A stretch of 63,877 nucleotides of DNA, the filler included, from Choristocarpus tenellus KU-1152 (taxonomy: Eukaryota > Protista > Phaeophyceae): assembly GCA_964200185.2 (NCBI GenBank). It is 10 parts of 10 records of this genome, joined end to end, with 100 filler letters (N's around TTAATTAATTAA, not from the genome) between each part and the next. Parts side by side here need not be neighbours in the genome. Positions count along the whole stretch, not along the records: positions 24,181 to 28,946 come from CAXNAD020013142.1; positions 29,047 to 32,252 come from CAXNAD020021550.1; positions 32,353 to 38,144 come from CAXNAD020009744.1; positions 38,245 to 42,996 come from CAXNAD020013196.1; 6 more parts are not named here. One strand, written 5' to 3'. Shown here piece by piece: positions 24,553-38,438 of the stretch. The position numbers and the translations under genes were made by a program. How positions within the stretch are numbered: the first letter of the stretch is position 1; each line of letters opens with the position of its first letter. The notes under the pieces are model-generated. The model ran no database searches, had not been told where the DNA came from, and saw nothing but the letters and a program-made list of their open reading frames with translations.

Positions 24553-25507
24553 GTTCCTCTCCTAACATAAACGTCTCCCTTGAGCAATCAAGTAGATAGA
24601 AGAGATTCCAGATCGACCAGATGTACCACTGATGAAATCCCTTGATCATGTGTTTGTTTGTCGAATAAGTGGTATTTTCGAAGTAGTGTGCGAAATGGTA
24701 TGCGAATTTATGAATATTGCTGAGTTATAGTTGTATTGGTCTAGGTGCTGTTGTCTGTCTTTTGATCCTATCTGTCTGTAGTCTGGTGTAAGCGCGTTGA
24801 TCCAAGAATTTCTAGCTGCCCACAACGGGCAGGTTCATCACAACTTGCTTGCTGCGTGAAGATACCGCTGTGTGTTTGTTTTGCTCCGTTTGATTTCTTT
24901 TGGGTTGTCCATCTGCATGATATGTAGAGCTGGAGGTAGCTATTGATGTGTGTCATGCAAACTGCTTTTCTCTAATTCTACTGCTACTGCTACTGCTACT
25001 GCTGCTGCTGCTGCTACAACTACTACTACAACTTATTTTGCCGGTTGTATATCAGTACCCGCACCCATACCCATGGGGTTGGTACTTCGAAGTACTATAT
25101 TTCAATTATTAGAATACTCAAAACTACTATCGATCGATTGATTTGCACACATTCATTCGATCCACAAGATGCAATGATGCCTGACAACATTGTGCCGTTG
25201 GATGTTAGCTCTATAAGAAGGAAGCAACAAACAGCATGCTGCGAAACAACACAGGAGAAACAAAAACTCCGATACACTGGAAGAAAAGACAGTGTAGCAG
25301 CTAGGTGTACCAAGCAATGATAGAAAGAATACCAAAAGAAGGAGAAGAAAAATAAACTGAAAATAGAGAACAAGGCCATGACAGACGGCAGACACGAGGA
25401 CCAGTCCAGTGCCATGGAGGTGAGTCTTTAAAACAATATCTGTGTATCATATCATTCCTTCTTGATTCTGGTCACCGCGTAGTTTGTACAACTATCCGAC
25501 TAATTTC

Positions 25508-26041
25508 CTATTCTGCTTTAAACAGACTGCTTCTGGTGAGAGCGATCTCCATGTTGTCAATCTTCTCCTGAGTTAGCTCTCTATCGCTTCTTTTTGCAGT
25601 TTGAATCAGAAGATCATCAGCAGCCAGCTTTTCCACCATGAATGCACCGGGATAGTCGTCAGGGATAAATTGGACAGCTTGTCGGTTAAGCGCAGCATTT
25701 CCCCCTCCTTCTGGATTCACGTCCCACAGCTAAAAAATATTTCAGAGTCTAGTCCAACTTAATATTTCTCTAGGGGCCCAAACATACTAACAATGGCAGA
25801 GTGAGATAAAGTAGTAGAATTACTAAACACCAACTAATGTCCCCTTCCATCCCAGCTCAGGGAGAACAAAGGATTTCCACAATAGATAAGTGATGGTACA
25901 AAGCGAGATATTACTCCACAGCAACATAATACTCGACACTACTCCTAACACTAATGTCCAAGCATTATTAGTGTACCCCAGGCTGATGAGATATATCGCG
26001 CCAAAAGGATTTGCCACATGCAGTATGGAAGCACCCCACCC
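25508..26041 (-). CDS. Putative last two exons of an unknown membrane protein
   Basis: Exon 25835-26041 (GWGASILHVANPFGAIYLISLGY...WTLVLGVVSSIMLLWSNISLCTITYLLW, about two hydrophobic helices) and exon 25508-25729 (LWDVNPEGGG...LFKAE*) join in phase 0 across a 105-bp GT-AG intron. No family recognised. Confidence 0.42.
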
Positions 26042-28946
26042 CTACAGTCTCCAGAGGTAGTAGCGTTAACATCCATAATTCTCTTGCATGGGGGGCTCCC
26101 CTTGCTCGATAATTGTATACAATTAACGTGCTGCCCACTATTCTATGGCGTTGCCTGAGACGGACTCATGGATTTCAGCACCTCTGCTTCAGTTGGTTCT
26201 GGGTAATTATGACGCCACGGAAAACTACGGCTTTAAAACCGACTACCAAGTGGAATGCCTACTCTCAGCGCCATGCCTTTCTGACATCTTTGCCTGATAC
26301 GGATGGATCTAGCTACGGCACAATCCCTCAGTTTCTGGATGCCACAGGCACGAATTTCTCAGAAGGAAGGGGTAATCCCTTGCCTCACTGCCAGGATCGG
26401 GGACACAGCCAAGTCTTACACCTGTAACCAACCTTCGTAGACCATGAGATTGGGGACCTCCTCTCATGTGGAGTGACCAAGCGTCAAAGGCAGTAACTGC
26501 AGGATCTGGGAATTTCTTCCCTTAGCTCCCTCTAGTCCTTGAGTCTTAGGACACCCACGCAGTGTTGGTTTCCAACCGCCGCCGTAGTGGCAAGACCATG
26601 TTGGCTGGTACAGATGGCTCCTGCGCAGAAATGGCGCTCAACTCATTCAATTTCGGGCGCCAAATAGGTGCACATCATAGAGTTGGTGCAACAGATTTGC
26701 TCGATACAGTTGGACATGACTGTGTTCCAACATTTTACTCTTTAGCGTCTCCAGTGTATGTCTGGGACTGGGGTTGTGGGACAATTTCCTCCTCTTCCAG
26801 CGTATCATGTCCCAGATCATGTCTTCTCCATTGGTGATAGTATGTTAGATGCGTTCAACACCCTCAGCCACTCTTGTTTTTGTGCGTGGTGTGTGATACT
26901 CGCGCCTTGGCTGCACCTTGGCTGTTGACCCCAACAACGATGGGTACACATCGACCAGATGTGCAGATGGTCGAATTTGAAAGAATAGGACAATATGGAT
27001 ATGAGTACGTGGAAGAAAAACAAAAGTGGGAGTCGACTAAAAAGTAACGTGATTGCATTATGTACACAACATATATGCCGCCCTCATTCCGATGGCGCAG
27101 GACCAAATAGTCCTCACACGAAAGCTCATGGGAGATCTGAAGACGTCTTGATTTCTTGTATACAAAAAATGTATTGCCAGGGATGTGAGAGCGGTAATGG
27201 TTTGGCTGAGACTCGAACAACCCTCCCAACACTAAAGCGTTCCGGCCATGACCCTGCTACCAATAGATTACAATTGGTGGCCCTGAACCCAGGCCAAGTG
27301 CGACACTCAGAGGGCTGTAAAATACTTATTATTCTCTTTCTGTGAACACGGTGGGGATTTATCAGGGTTTGAACTCACAGAAAGTATTAAGGTCTCATAC
27401 TTTTTTTCTCCCTTCTTCCTCTGAATGTGTTCATTCTGATTAGCAGTCCATTGGATTTCAGCTGCTTGGATGTGGGCGGAAACTGTACCTACATAGGAAA
27501 CTCCTTGTTATGTGTTAATTCTACTCCGTCTACTCTTTTTTTCTAACGGGATGATCAGTTGATTGCAAAATTCCTTCTACCTTTGCATTCTCCGGCCACC
27601 TCTAAAGACTTTTCGAAAATACATATTTTTCCCTGAGGAGGTTCTATTGCAGTGTCGCACATCTGAGCCCTGCTAATGGAAGGGTCACAACGATACAGAA
27701 AGTGACCACTTCCGGTCCTCCCGCCTCAATTCTGCTCGCATTTAGGTAGAGGACTGGAATTCAACCCTCAGGTCGGATAAAAAATCGATTCGTGGAAGTG
27801 GGAAACTACATCTACGAGCTTTGCAACGACCAAAGGGTTACTGGAGCAGCTTGTACTTCGAGAAGCAGGAAGCCCGCCCAGAGATATTAGCCGTGAGAAT
27901 CTGTTGCTACTGAGGTTTACGAGGAGTTATGGACTCCAATATTTTCAAGTTACACTTACTCAATGTTCTTCAAACCGAATCTCTCTCCAATTCCATCATC
28001 ACAACTATCGACTACGCTTTTCACTGAAAGAATGTTATGCTGTTTCCCTGCGAATTTATTGGTCAGAAACTCCACATGCTTTAAAATGTACTCCAGTGAA
28101 GGCTCCACCAGTCATAGAGGTTAATCTGTCATCCCTAGGGCCATCAGCTATACAACAAAGTAAGGCTGTTCCAGTCTCTCGCATTTCTACAGTTCCTGGG
28201 CTGTGTGCTGCTATATCTACGCAAGAAACCCGAGGCATCTCTCCGCGATACACTTGACTTAGCAGAGGCTTATGGAATTTTCCGTGACCAGCACACTCCC
28301 ACAGAGTATTGAGGGGAGAGTGGAATGAATAACTGATATGTCCACCTACGTACAACTTCAATCCTTCAAACTGTGCAAATTACCTTGGTCACACCAATAC
28401 ATATAATATATCCTTTGTTACACAGCAAAAGAGGGCTAGAGCCGAGCCTTGTCAGTAGTCTGCTCTGCTTCCCTCTGGTTTCAGGAACGAAAGATGATTG
28501 CGGATAAGAAGTGGCGAGGTCATCACAAGGCGAAACGACATGCCAAAAAGAAGAAGATTGAGATCATTGAACGTCTTGCAGGGCTACCAGACGCAACCCC
28601 AACTCGCAGCCTCGCTATCATCAAACCTCCTCGTAAACCGTGCCACTTCAAGGAGGGGTGGAGGCACAGTCTCCTTTGCGAAAGGTTTGTGAGTCATCAT
28701 GCCAAAAGTAATGTTACTGTTGCAATAATTCAGTAGCGATCATAATGGTGATAGGATTCAGGGGTAGAGGACATGACACTAATAACAGTGTTTACACCTA
28801 CATAGAAGGCCTGTATCCTACATTGAACCAATGGGATGCATTCATCCTCCTGCAACCTTCTCTATTTATCATTGTTCTTTTGCTACTCTGTTCACCAACC
28901 ACATAGTCCCCACATTCATGCTATCAGGCTCAAAGTACCTCGGGGG

Positions 28947-29046
28947 NNNNNNNNNNNNNNNNNNNNNNNNNNNNNNNNNNNNNNNNNNNNTTAATTAATT
29001 AANNNNNNNNNNNNNNNNNNNNNNNNNNNNNNNNNNNNNNNNNNNN
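28947..29046. other. Artificial contig spacer
   Basis: 44 N + TTAATTAATTAA + 44 N. Confidence 0.98.
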
Positions 29047-29116
29047 AATGAAAAATAATACATCAAGTAGCATCAAGCGCCCCCCCCCCCCTTGCCTATG
29101 GACAAAGTCACCTCAC

Positions 29117-30297
29117 CTTTATCAGAGCTTCCTTAGCAGCGATCTCATTTTCTGAGGATACTTGGTTCAAAAAGTCTGTTATCGCTATTTGATCTGCCCT
29201 TCCCTTTGGAACCTGGTGGATCATAACATGTGAAGAGAGAAGGGGGTAGTGGAGGAAGAGAACATATTGGGTTCACGAAAAGCGCTTGCAAGCCTCCCGA
29301 AATGGTCATACACTTTGGTAACAACTGTTGGAAAAAATGACACCACAAATTAAAAAAAAAAGTGTGACTTATCCACAATCAGGCAATACAAAAGCTCTAA
29401 CCCTAGCCTTCTTGAATGGACACAACAAGGTATACCTTCAATAGAGCACACCACAGAGATCCCTATCTAGAACACAAATCATGCCACACCTACACACCCA
29501 CACCCACTGAGAATACTAATTCGATCACCTCCTTGCTCACCCTCTCTTACCACGAACTCCCCTATACCTACAGACCCCTTGCCTTTCATGCCCTGCACCA
29601 TGCAGCGAAATGGAACTAAACCTTGAGTCTCATAAGATCGAAATTTTATCATTAATAACGTTCACATTAATAATAAATTCTGTCACGTGAAAGAAAGAGG
29701 CAACCAACACAAAAAAAGGAAAAAATCTTTCCTGATTGGTCGATGCTATCCCAGATCCCATCCTGTAAAAAACAAGTTAACGAGACAGAATTTCCCTCCC
29801 CCCACCCCCCACCCCCCACCCCCCTACATTTTTTTAATCCAGCAACAACACCTTGCAAAAAATAGGAAATAGAGTGAAGATCAAGCACTTCTTAAAACGG
29901 CCCTATGGTAAAAAATAGGCCTCTATGATCTTTCCGAATGAAACATCTGTTCCTCGACCTGCAGACACAAGGCTGCTTCTTCACACCTCCGAAAGGGGAG
30001 AATCAAACACCTTCAAGTAAGTCGTTTCCCATTGGTCGACACAAAACAATCTACAGGATACCTCATCACACCAATAATTACAAAAAAAATAAAAGGGGGT
30101 TTGTTTTAAAACGCCTGCTGCCTGTTGTGTTTCACCTGATCATCTTGCAATGCCACTAGCCTCAAGGCAGGGAGAACTCTAGCCTCCTCCTCTTCCACAA
30201 CTCCTTGCCTTGTCAATGTCACTGACTCCACATTGCCAAGGAGACCCCCGGAACCCCTAAGTACGGCCACGCCCTCCTCCCCAAGCACTGTGGCTAG
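29117..30297 (-). CDS. Two internal exons, probably the Rubisco-LSMT substrate-binding domain of a SET-domain methyltransferase (partial)
   Basis: Exons 30136-30297 (162 bp) and 29117-29212 (96 bp) are both phase 0/0 with cag/gtga sites. The joined peptide is ...LRGSGGLLGNVESVTLTRQGV...VLPALRLVALQDDQVPKGRADQIAITDFLNQVSSENEIAAKEALIK. The 'L.ALRL.AL ... VS.ENE.A...L' pattern resembles that domain; the functional call is inference. Confidence 0.6.
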
Positions 30298-32252
30298 CTG
30301 CACACAAACAAATTGTCATTTGCAAAGTTTGTCAGTGTTACTGTGATAGGTAAGACTCCCGACTATCAGTGCTATTAAAATAAAAACAATAATACTATTA
30401 ATATTAAATTGTAGTAGTAGTAGTAGTAGTGCATGTATTGGATAAATCAAATCAAATCAAATTAAATCCACTTGGCGTAAAAATCGATTTTCGAAAGTCA
30501 ATGGCCATTCCGGTCGTAAATCCAACACAGCGCTTGCTTATTGGGCCACATCCTCACAATCAAACACTTAGGAGTTTAACGTTTTCATCTGTGGATCCGA
30601 ATTGTTTATACCCATACATATTTCTGACAGTGGCGTGAGACAAACTATCCGACAACACGATGAGATGTTGACAAATCAACACACTACTGTGATTTGTGCA
30701 AGTTGTGCTCACAAGGGCAAATCATTGGGAAGGGGTTCAAATAATATATTTGCGCAGGGGAACTGTTTGGACATCTTTCTTAGGTAGCAGAATGGTACCT
30801 ACAAATATCTGTAGATATTTTATAGATGAGTAGGTGGTACTGCAAATAACTGTAAATGATTTTAACACAAGAGTGGTGGTAATGATACTTGAAATGGGAG
30901 AACTGACCTCCAACATACAGAATACTGAAAAAAGTTAAGGGACTTGAACATGACACTCTAGAGACGTCATGTCACCCAGGACCCTACTGGGGCTTTCACA
31001 TCATGCCAGTTTAGAAAGGGGGGCATATGTTATATATTTATTATCATAGAACAAGGGAATCAAGTACGGACTGTATGAAACTACAGTAGTAGTAACATGA
31101 GATCCATATAAAATTGTTCTTTTCTACCAAATCACAACAGAAGACTTGTACAATATTGTTCTTTACTTTTAGACCAAATCTAAGATTTGTATGTCAAGAT
31201 CAGGTAGGGACAGATCAGCAATGCACAATTATCATCTCTTCATGCATAGGGGCAGGTCTCTTACTATACAGCATGGTGATGAGGCGGTGAGCGATATGTA
31301 CAAATAATGTCCCACACATTAACCAAAAAGGTTATATCAACAATTCAGGGATGTACATCATTCCTCGAATTTGAGTTGTACTCAGAACATGATTTGTTGT
31401 ACAGGATTCTTGGGTAGAAATGACTTGTACATCTTCACCACTCGTTTAACCTTGGCATACAAATGTTGGTAATACTTTTTTTTCTGCTGGTTGGTAGAGC
31501 ACAAAATAGTTAAACGATGATCGTCAGACATGTGTACAATGGTATTTTGGTAATAGTGACAAAAAATCAACACCCTTCCAATCACTTGATGCTTAAGTGT
31601 TTGCTGTAGTCAATCGGCAAGTTGGGGTCTCTTCACTTCTTAATGCATAAAATGACATCAATACAATTCAACAGAATGCATGTATGTATAAGATGTATAA
31701 CCACTACTGTTCATTTCTGTCACTTTAATCACTAGTGCAATTTGAAATATAACATGAAACATAAAAATACATAAATATACTTAATACAACACTAGAGAAT
31801 CAGCAAAATAATGATCCAATTCACAATAAACAGCAGAAATGGTAAATGACCCTCACACCGTCTCTTACAACACAAGAAAATCCTGAATACAAGATCATCA
31901 AACTTGTGCATACCAAATGTCTTTCTCAAGCTATAGGTGGTTCATTGGTATCCTTACTGTTTCTTATTTGACATCAAAGAGGAAGTGGCTCCAGTCTAGC
32001 TAAGTGAGACCCAAAAATACCCCTAAAAAAATTACTTGATATTTTTTTGCCCAGTGCAATTATAGGGGTGAGTACCAGGGCAAGAAGCTGGAGACTGAAA
32101 ATTATTTTGTAGATTCGCCACTACTATACTACTATTAGTATATGTGCAATATAGACTGATAATCTATATGGTTTATACGCATTTAGTGAACACCACTAGA
32201 CAAGAGGAATGTTGGCTAAGTGGAACAAGTGGCATCGATTTCTGTTAGTGTG

Positions 32253-32352
32253 NNNNNNNNNNNNNNNNNNNNNNNNNNNNNNNNNNNNNNNNNNNNTTAA
32301 TTAATTAANNNNNNNNNNNNNNNNNNNNNNNNNNNNNNNNNNNNNNNNNNNN
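32253..32352. other. Artificial contig spacer
   Basis: 44 N + TTAATTAATTAA + 44 N. Confidence 0.98.
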
Positions 32353-32734
32353 CAGATATTTTTACCCTGAGATCAACATTGACCCTGATACCATCTCCAA
32401 AGTTTTCCTTTCCCCCCTCACTGAGGATGATCATAGTACTGAGGTTCTGCTGGATCTTTGGAGGGTTGAGTAAAACGCGGGTGATGTGCACTAGGGACAA
32501 CACCACAACTCGACAGGTCCAGCATTTCGCCTTTCTATACCAGTGATTGCTGTTTTTATTGGCCAGCGGCATCTGTTGCAATCTATTACAGTATTTTGCC
32601 CCCTCCCTGCTCCCCTGCCTGCTACTCCGTCCGGAGCAGGACACTACTGTCATCTGTGGTTGCATCATTAGCCCCCATCATCACCATCATTGTCACTCAT
32701 GGACCCATCAATTGTATTTTTTCTGGCTTGTAAT

Positions 32735-32910
32735 GCAGCACCTATCGGAGAGGGATTGTCTGTCACACCCTTTTCTGTCCACTATCCCACATGTTCCATG
32801 CAGATACCGGCCACTTCGGGATTCATGCACATTGAAGTGTGCTGGCAGTGACTCTAAACTCTATTGGGGGGATCGGGCATACTGCTTCCAGGGGTTGTGT
32901 TGAGGCCCAT
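32735..32910 (-). mobile_element. Short fragment of the CRE-like retrotransposon
   Basis: gctggcagtgactctaaactctattggggggatcgggcat.ctgcttccaggggttgtgttgaggcccat is near-identical to 37641-37710. Confidence 0.8.
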
Positions 32911-33151
32911 TGTGAAACTGTCAAGAGAAACACCAAGACTGAAGGAGGGGATAGGAGAGGTTGGGCGGTGAAGTCATTCTATTAGTTGGATGATGTCACA
33001 TATAGGCTATTCTGTTGATGATAATATCGCATTTTCCGAGGTACGCTTTACAGTGGTATAGTACTGCAAGTACTCTTTACTAGTATGGTATACTTCGAAG
33101 TAGTAGACCGTATTTACTCCAGTGGTGGCTGTTCGCACTTGTCCTGATCAG

Positions 33152-35374
33152 AAAATGGCACTATCCCTCTCTCAGACCTACGAACCCTCACCACAACGCC
33201 AGGTCCCTTACATCCGTCACTCTGGATTCCAAACCATGGACAGGCATTGTCCAAGAATTTGTGCATTGACCATGTGGTCGTTCAGGCCTTTACACCGGAG
33301 CAAGGAGGAGGAGTCCTACTGCGGGCAACTCGAAAGCAGCAGTCTGACCCTGCTGCAGAAATTGCAAGAGAGATTGCCTTCTCCCGCTTTCCACCAACAG
33401 AACGTTTATCATCACCTTTGAATTCTACTCCTGCATTTTGTGGGAGGCAAAAAGACAAGCCTATGGGAGGAGTAGTAGCAGTGGCATCAGATGTAGTGTG
33501 CAGGAGAGAGAACAATCTTGAGGATGATGGGGAAAAGGAGGATATGTTGAAGGAAAAATCAAATAATATGCACAGCAAACCATCTTGGCTACATGGAAGC
33601 ACTGTTGCTGAGGATATTTCTCTCCCTTCCCTCGTAATAGACCTGCGAAAAACGCCTTGCTGCCATGACCTTCCTGCGTCTCAAAACCCTCTCTCTCAAG
33701 TAGGACAGGCCACTCTCCCTCCTTCGACTCTTCAGGAAGACTGCTTCGGCAACTTGTTGGATGCAGGGCAATTGAATGATTCTACATCACCTAAAAAAAC
33801 ACAGGGGTACCTAGTGACAGATTGGGTAGATTCAAAGGAATCAGGCATTGATCAAAAGGTTCATGATTACATGTCAAGCAGCATGACAGCTACTTCCAGA
33901 AGGGACCAGCATGTAGGCCAGGCTAAGGACAGGCGCAAGGGGCTGAAGAGAGAGAGGATTCGGGGAAAGCCTATTGGCCCAAATTCAACAAAGAAATCGT
34001 TCTACAAAGATCATTCCGTACCTGTGACTGACAGGGGCAAAAGAGCACGTGTGAAGGGTGGCCTAGAGGGGAGTGGTGATGTGAATAGAGAAGGTAGAGA
34101 CGGGAAATCCATGGCAACATACGACAAGGGCAGCAGCAAACCCCCATGCAAGAGCATTGGGAGCAAAGCAAGACTATTGTCGTCGTCATCCAGAATTCTG
34201 GAGGGAATGGAGATGCTACTCCAGCAAACACGAGGGGTCCTTGAGAGGGAAGGGGTTGGTCTCCACGGGAAAAAAGATGGCCTAGGTTCTGGTGTAACAG
34301 AGGTCCCAAGTCATTGCCGAGGTAACAGTCCTAAACATGGTGGGATTTTGGAAAACAAAAAGAGCCGAGGAACATTCAATGATCAAAGTAAACATACTAT
34401 CCAGCATGAGCTTGATGCTACATTCAATGAAAGCAGCTCTGAGTCTACCCAATCCTGCAGCATTGAGGAAGCAACTTCTCTTGACCAGACACCACTTGCA
34501 GAAGAAGGTCACCTCCAGCATCAGGGAGAGATTGGGGATAGTGCGGTACCCAGTAGCCAAGTAGGAACGGAGAGGAAACTCCAAAGTGATGGAGGGAAAA
34601 GGAAAGGAGTCGAATCAGCTCGAACTTGTACCCCTTGTGATTCCCAAGAGCAACAGGTTTGGCAAGGACAGGGAGCAAGAGCAAAGGTTGAGGCAGGCCA
34701 GTATCCCACCCCTTGTGTTGTTGCAGGCATTGGTGAAGCAGGTGGGACTCAGTTGGATACTCCGCTGCAATTAGACCAGCATGAGTATTCAGGTGGAACT
34801 CTTGCAAGGAAGAAAACAAGTGTATCCTTCCGCGGAAGAGGCACAGCAAGACCAATAAGAAGCAGAGCACTGCTTGGACCGTCGCCTCCTAGATCAAGAG
34901 AATTGGGTCTGGGAAGAGGAGGTGGAGTTGCTGCCAGTATCCTCGCTGGGGCAGGGAATGGAAAGCTCAACAGTGTCTCTGCAGCGAAGGGAACTCAGGG
35001 ATCTGAGGTGAAGTATAAAGATGTGGTGGTGTTGAGTGACACAGTCAGCAGAGGAGGGGTAGCCCAACACACACAAACTAGAGCGAGCTCTACAGAAAAA
35101 CTCCTCGCCAAAATTTCGCGATGAACACTCCATTTTTAATGTTCTCTGATACACTCTCGATCTTTTCCTTGTGCATGTCTACACATCCCGCCCCAAACAA
35201 CCCCCCTGCGGACAGGCAACGGAGGTCAATAGGGAAAAGAAGGACAAGGTTCGCGATCACAAGAAAAGAGATCACAACAGCAGTGACAGCAGCAGATCTT
35301 GTATATCTGACGTGGGTGCCATGATTGCTGCTCGTGCCAGAGCTCTTGAGAAGGTTCTTGAGTCTCGCCGCTGA
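33152..35374 (+). CDS. Hypothetical, largely disordered protein; large penultimate exon plus terminal exon (5' end missing)
   Basis: Open frame of >1.9 kb (ORF 33247-35124), rich in S/G/K/E/Q. Acceptor tgatcag|33152; donor GAG|gtgaag after 35007; phase-0 terminal exon 35216-35374 (ATEVNREKKDK...DVGAMIAARARALEKVLESRR*). An unspliced read-through would stop at 35124. Confidence 0.72.
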
Positions 35375-36739
35375 AAGTTGTTGAATGTGTTTTGGTGACA
35401 ACAAGATCTCAAGAAATTGAAATAGGCTCACTAGTGATACTAATGGTGCCTGCTCTCTCGTTTTGCCTTAGCAACACAAATTAGCATCTACGTTTACCAC
35501 TATTTCTCCACACAAATGATCATGTTTCACCTACTCTTAGCTGGCAATGTCCTTGTCCTTGAGAACTATTTTGTATGTGAAGGTTTTGTGGGAGAGCACT
35601 CTGGGAGTTTTTACTGTTAATGACAAGAGAGGTAAAACCCTGAAAGTGGTGATATGAGCAGTGCCACCTCTTCGAAAAAAACAAATCCAGGTCATATATT
35701 GTACTTCAACGTAGGGTGCAGCACTTGGAACAAATCATTTTCGAAATGCTAACAATAACTGCTTGGTCGATGGCTGGAACTGTTAGGAACAATTTGGTCT
35801 GGCCTGGACTCGATTTAGCATGGTGAAGAGACAACATTCTTACTGATGCCTTCCCACATGCGCTATTTTACACCCATCATAGTAGGCAAAGAGTCCCTGA
35901 GATCTATTGTTTGTGGGGGGGGATAACCTGGAAGGGTGAGACGCAAGGAGGAGCAGAGAAAGTAACGGCAGGCAACCCCCTGCGTTAACAAAATAACAAA
36001 CATCCTACATCAATAATATTGAATCGAGCCTGGAACATCCAAGTGATAACAGCAAGTACAACACCAACAACTGTAGAACCACTTGTGCACAGTAAAGATG
36101 TACCCTAATAACAGGACTATGGGTGGGTTTTTTGTTACCATTATTATCTCTCAACATTGGTTTGAGGGGTTCCCAACCTATGCTCGAAAGGTATTCAGAG
36201 GAAAAGCACTTTGCAATATTGCTGGAGAAAATATGAAGTGCTACAGAAATAGGTAAAGGACGAAGCTACGGAAGAAAAAGGAGGAAAGTTGAAATTTAGT
36301 TAAGAAGGGAAGGCAAGTGAAATTCGTCCAATGCTTGGGATAGGACGTTAACGATATGCAGTTAACCTTGTCATACATCAAATAATCCCGAGTCACACCA
36401 TGCCCATCCAATCCGAACACTATTTATCACATACCTCGCAAAGGAAAAGAGAGAAAAATAACAATTATCACCCACTCCTCCCAAGAAGTTGACGGTGACA
36501 AAAAACGGAATTCAGCAGGCAGTAGTGTGTGTTTATGTGCCCTGTTCTGCTTGGTCTGTATTGGCAACTGCTTAGCATGACGAAAGTAAGCTATTGCTAA
36601 CCTTTCAAATCTTCCCGATCTTCTATGAAGTTCTTTGCTCCGTCAACCGCACTCTCGTGTGACTATACTACTTTGTTGGTTTGTTACCATTGTTTTTTTT
36701 TCTATAATTTATTCGTATTTTTATTACATTATGTCATTG

Positions 36740-37870
36740 TATATATATTATATTATGTCATCTCACATTTTCCAGATGTGTCAGGGCAAAAACCAATGAA
36801 AACCATTTAAATGTCAGAACCTCTAAAGAGTATCAGTTGTAAATGTCAAAGACACGTTTCTATCATCCATTTACTATTTTACTACCAAATATGCTACACA
36901 GTTCACTCCTGTGCCTCTAACATAGCTATTCCTACACCTCAGGATGAGGAGCTAGGGAAGAATCCCAATAATCTAACATACCCCTCCTTACCCATCTCCC
37001 TAGTGTCTCCAGCTTGAAACGCATGACACGTCTAGATAGAGCTACTTGTGTGGTGACAGAGACTACCTGTCTTAGACGTGATTTGACAGCCCCTTTCCTG
37101 CTGTAGCCTCCTGCCCCTCTCCCCCCTACCGTGTGTGTAGCCAACTAATCCAGAAAACTTTCTGTTTGCTTACCGAGGGGGTCAAAACTTTCCACCGCGA
37201 ACGTGTTGAGGTTATAACTATGAGAGTCAATAGAGCCCTCGTAGTGTGTGCGCTTTCGCACCTCTGCAGCAGCAGCAGCTACACCATTGCTGGTGGATGT
37301 ATATAAGGTTATTTTTTTTTTATATAAGGTGAGATGCTGCCTGCACTTCTTCAAAATGTAACATCTAGGAGCCTGATCCAGTGTCCGCAAGTGCCTCAGC
37401 ATGGAAGACCAGATCCATGCGGAAATTCCCGTCCACTGTAAAGGGGCTACCTTCCTCCATAGTACAAGGGGTGCCTATTCATTTGCAGAGTTGACCGAGA
37501 TGCTTCACCATCGATGTGTGCTGGCGAACCTGTCCTCCTGACCTAGGGCAGATACGTGCATGTCTTGTACCTGCATTTTGCCTCCTGCACCCAGTCACAG
37601 GGCACCTGTTCGATAGGGCCTCCTCCCACCCTAGGGATCTGCTGGCAGTGACTCTAAACTCTATTGGGGGGATCGGGCATGCTGCTTCCAGGGGTTGTGT
37701 TGAGGCCCATATTCATTTGGCCTTTGTCCGCACTAGGTCGGGTGGCGTACCAGGGATAGTGAGGAGTGCTGCTTTGTCAGATAAGGTGGCCAATTGCGTC
37801 CGGGAAGAGTCAAAGCTGAACCTGTGTAGGAGGCGGGTGATCTCGTGTTGTGCCCTCCTTGTGATCCTGG
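36740..37870 (-). mobile_element. 3' relic of a CRE-clade-like non-LTR retrotransposon (CCHC finger + restriction-like endonuclease + 3' UTR)
   Basis: Minus-strand peptides: EFRVTASRSLG...CPVTGC-x8-HARIC...VRQH...EEG...FRMDLVF, then GVAAAAAEVRKRTHY...FAVESFDPLGKQTESFL, then SRLRQVVSVTTQVALSRRV. This is the CCHC / PD-(D/E)xK / 'F.VE..G..G' / 'Q.LSV..Q' architecture of RLE-type elements. In-frame stops and frameshifts are present. Confidence 0.85.
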
Positions 37871-38144
37871 CATCATCGACTGCTTATTAGTAGGAGTATA
37901 TCTTAGAAATGGAAAGGTGTCCTGTCGTGATTTGACTTCGATTTATCTTTTTTGTTGGACATGTTCATTTTTCATACTTCGAAGTAGTAGTGTAATTTTG
38001 GTTTAAAACGTTAAATTATATCCTTACAACCATTTTGGTGTATCCTACCTATAAATATTAAAACGAAAAGGTTATCCATATAACAGGGGATCCTCAAAAT
38101 TGAGGAAGGCGCGGGACTATGAGGATGGTTGTTTTGCGAAAACG

Positions 38145-38244
38145 NNNNNNNNNNNNNNNNNNNNNNNNNNNNNNNNNNNNNNNNNNNNTTAATTAATTAA
38201 NNNNNNNNNNNNNNNNNNNNNNNNNNNNNNNNNNNNNNNNNNNN
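38145..38244. other. Artificial contig spacer
   Basis: 44 N + TTAATTAATTAA + 44 N. Confidence 0.98.
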
Positions 38245-38438
38245 CCCCCCCAAGATACTTTGAATTAGGTTATGTACCCTTCCTTTCTGATCTGTTGTAA
38301 AAAATAAACTCCAATAGTGCACTAAGTCCTCGACATGCACATCACAATACACACAGAGAGAGCTTTTCACAAGCAATCTTAACTGAATATCCTCCTTTTC
38401 AGGCTCGTGGACATATTTCCAACTTGGCACTTTCTCAC

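Noticed and set aside
25168-25419. Plus-strand Lys/Glu-rich exon ending at a strong GAG|gtgagt donor
   Set aside because: The frame leading to the donor contains tandem TGA TAG stops at ~25318-25323, so it cannot be supported as a functional exon.
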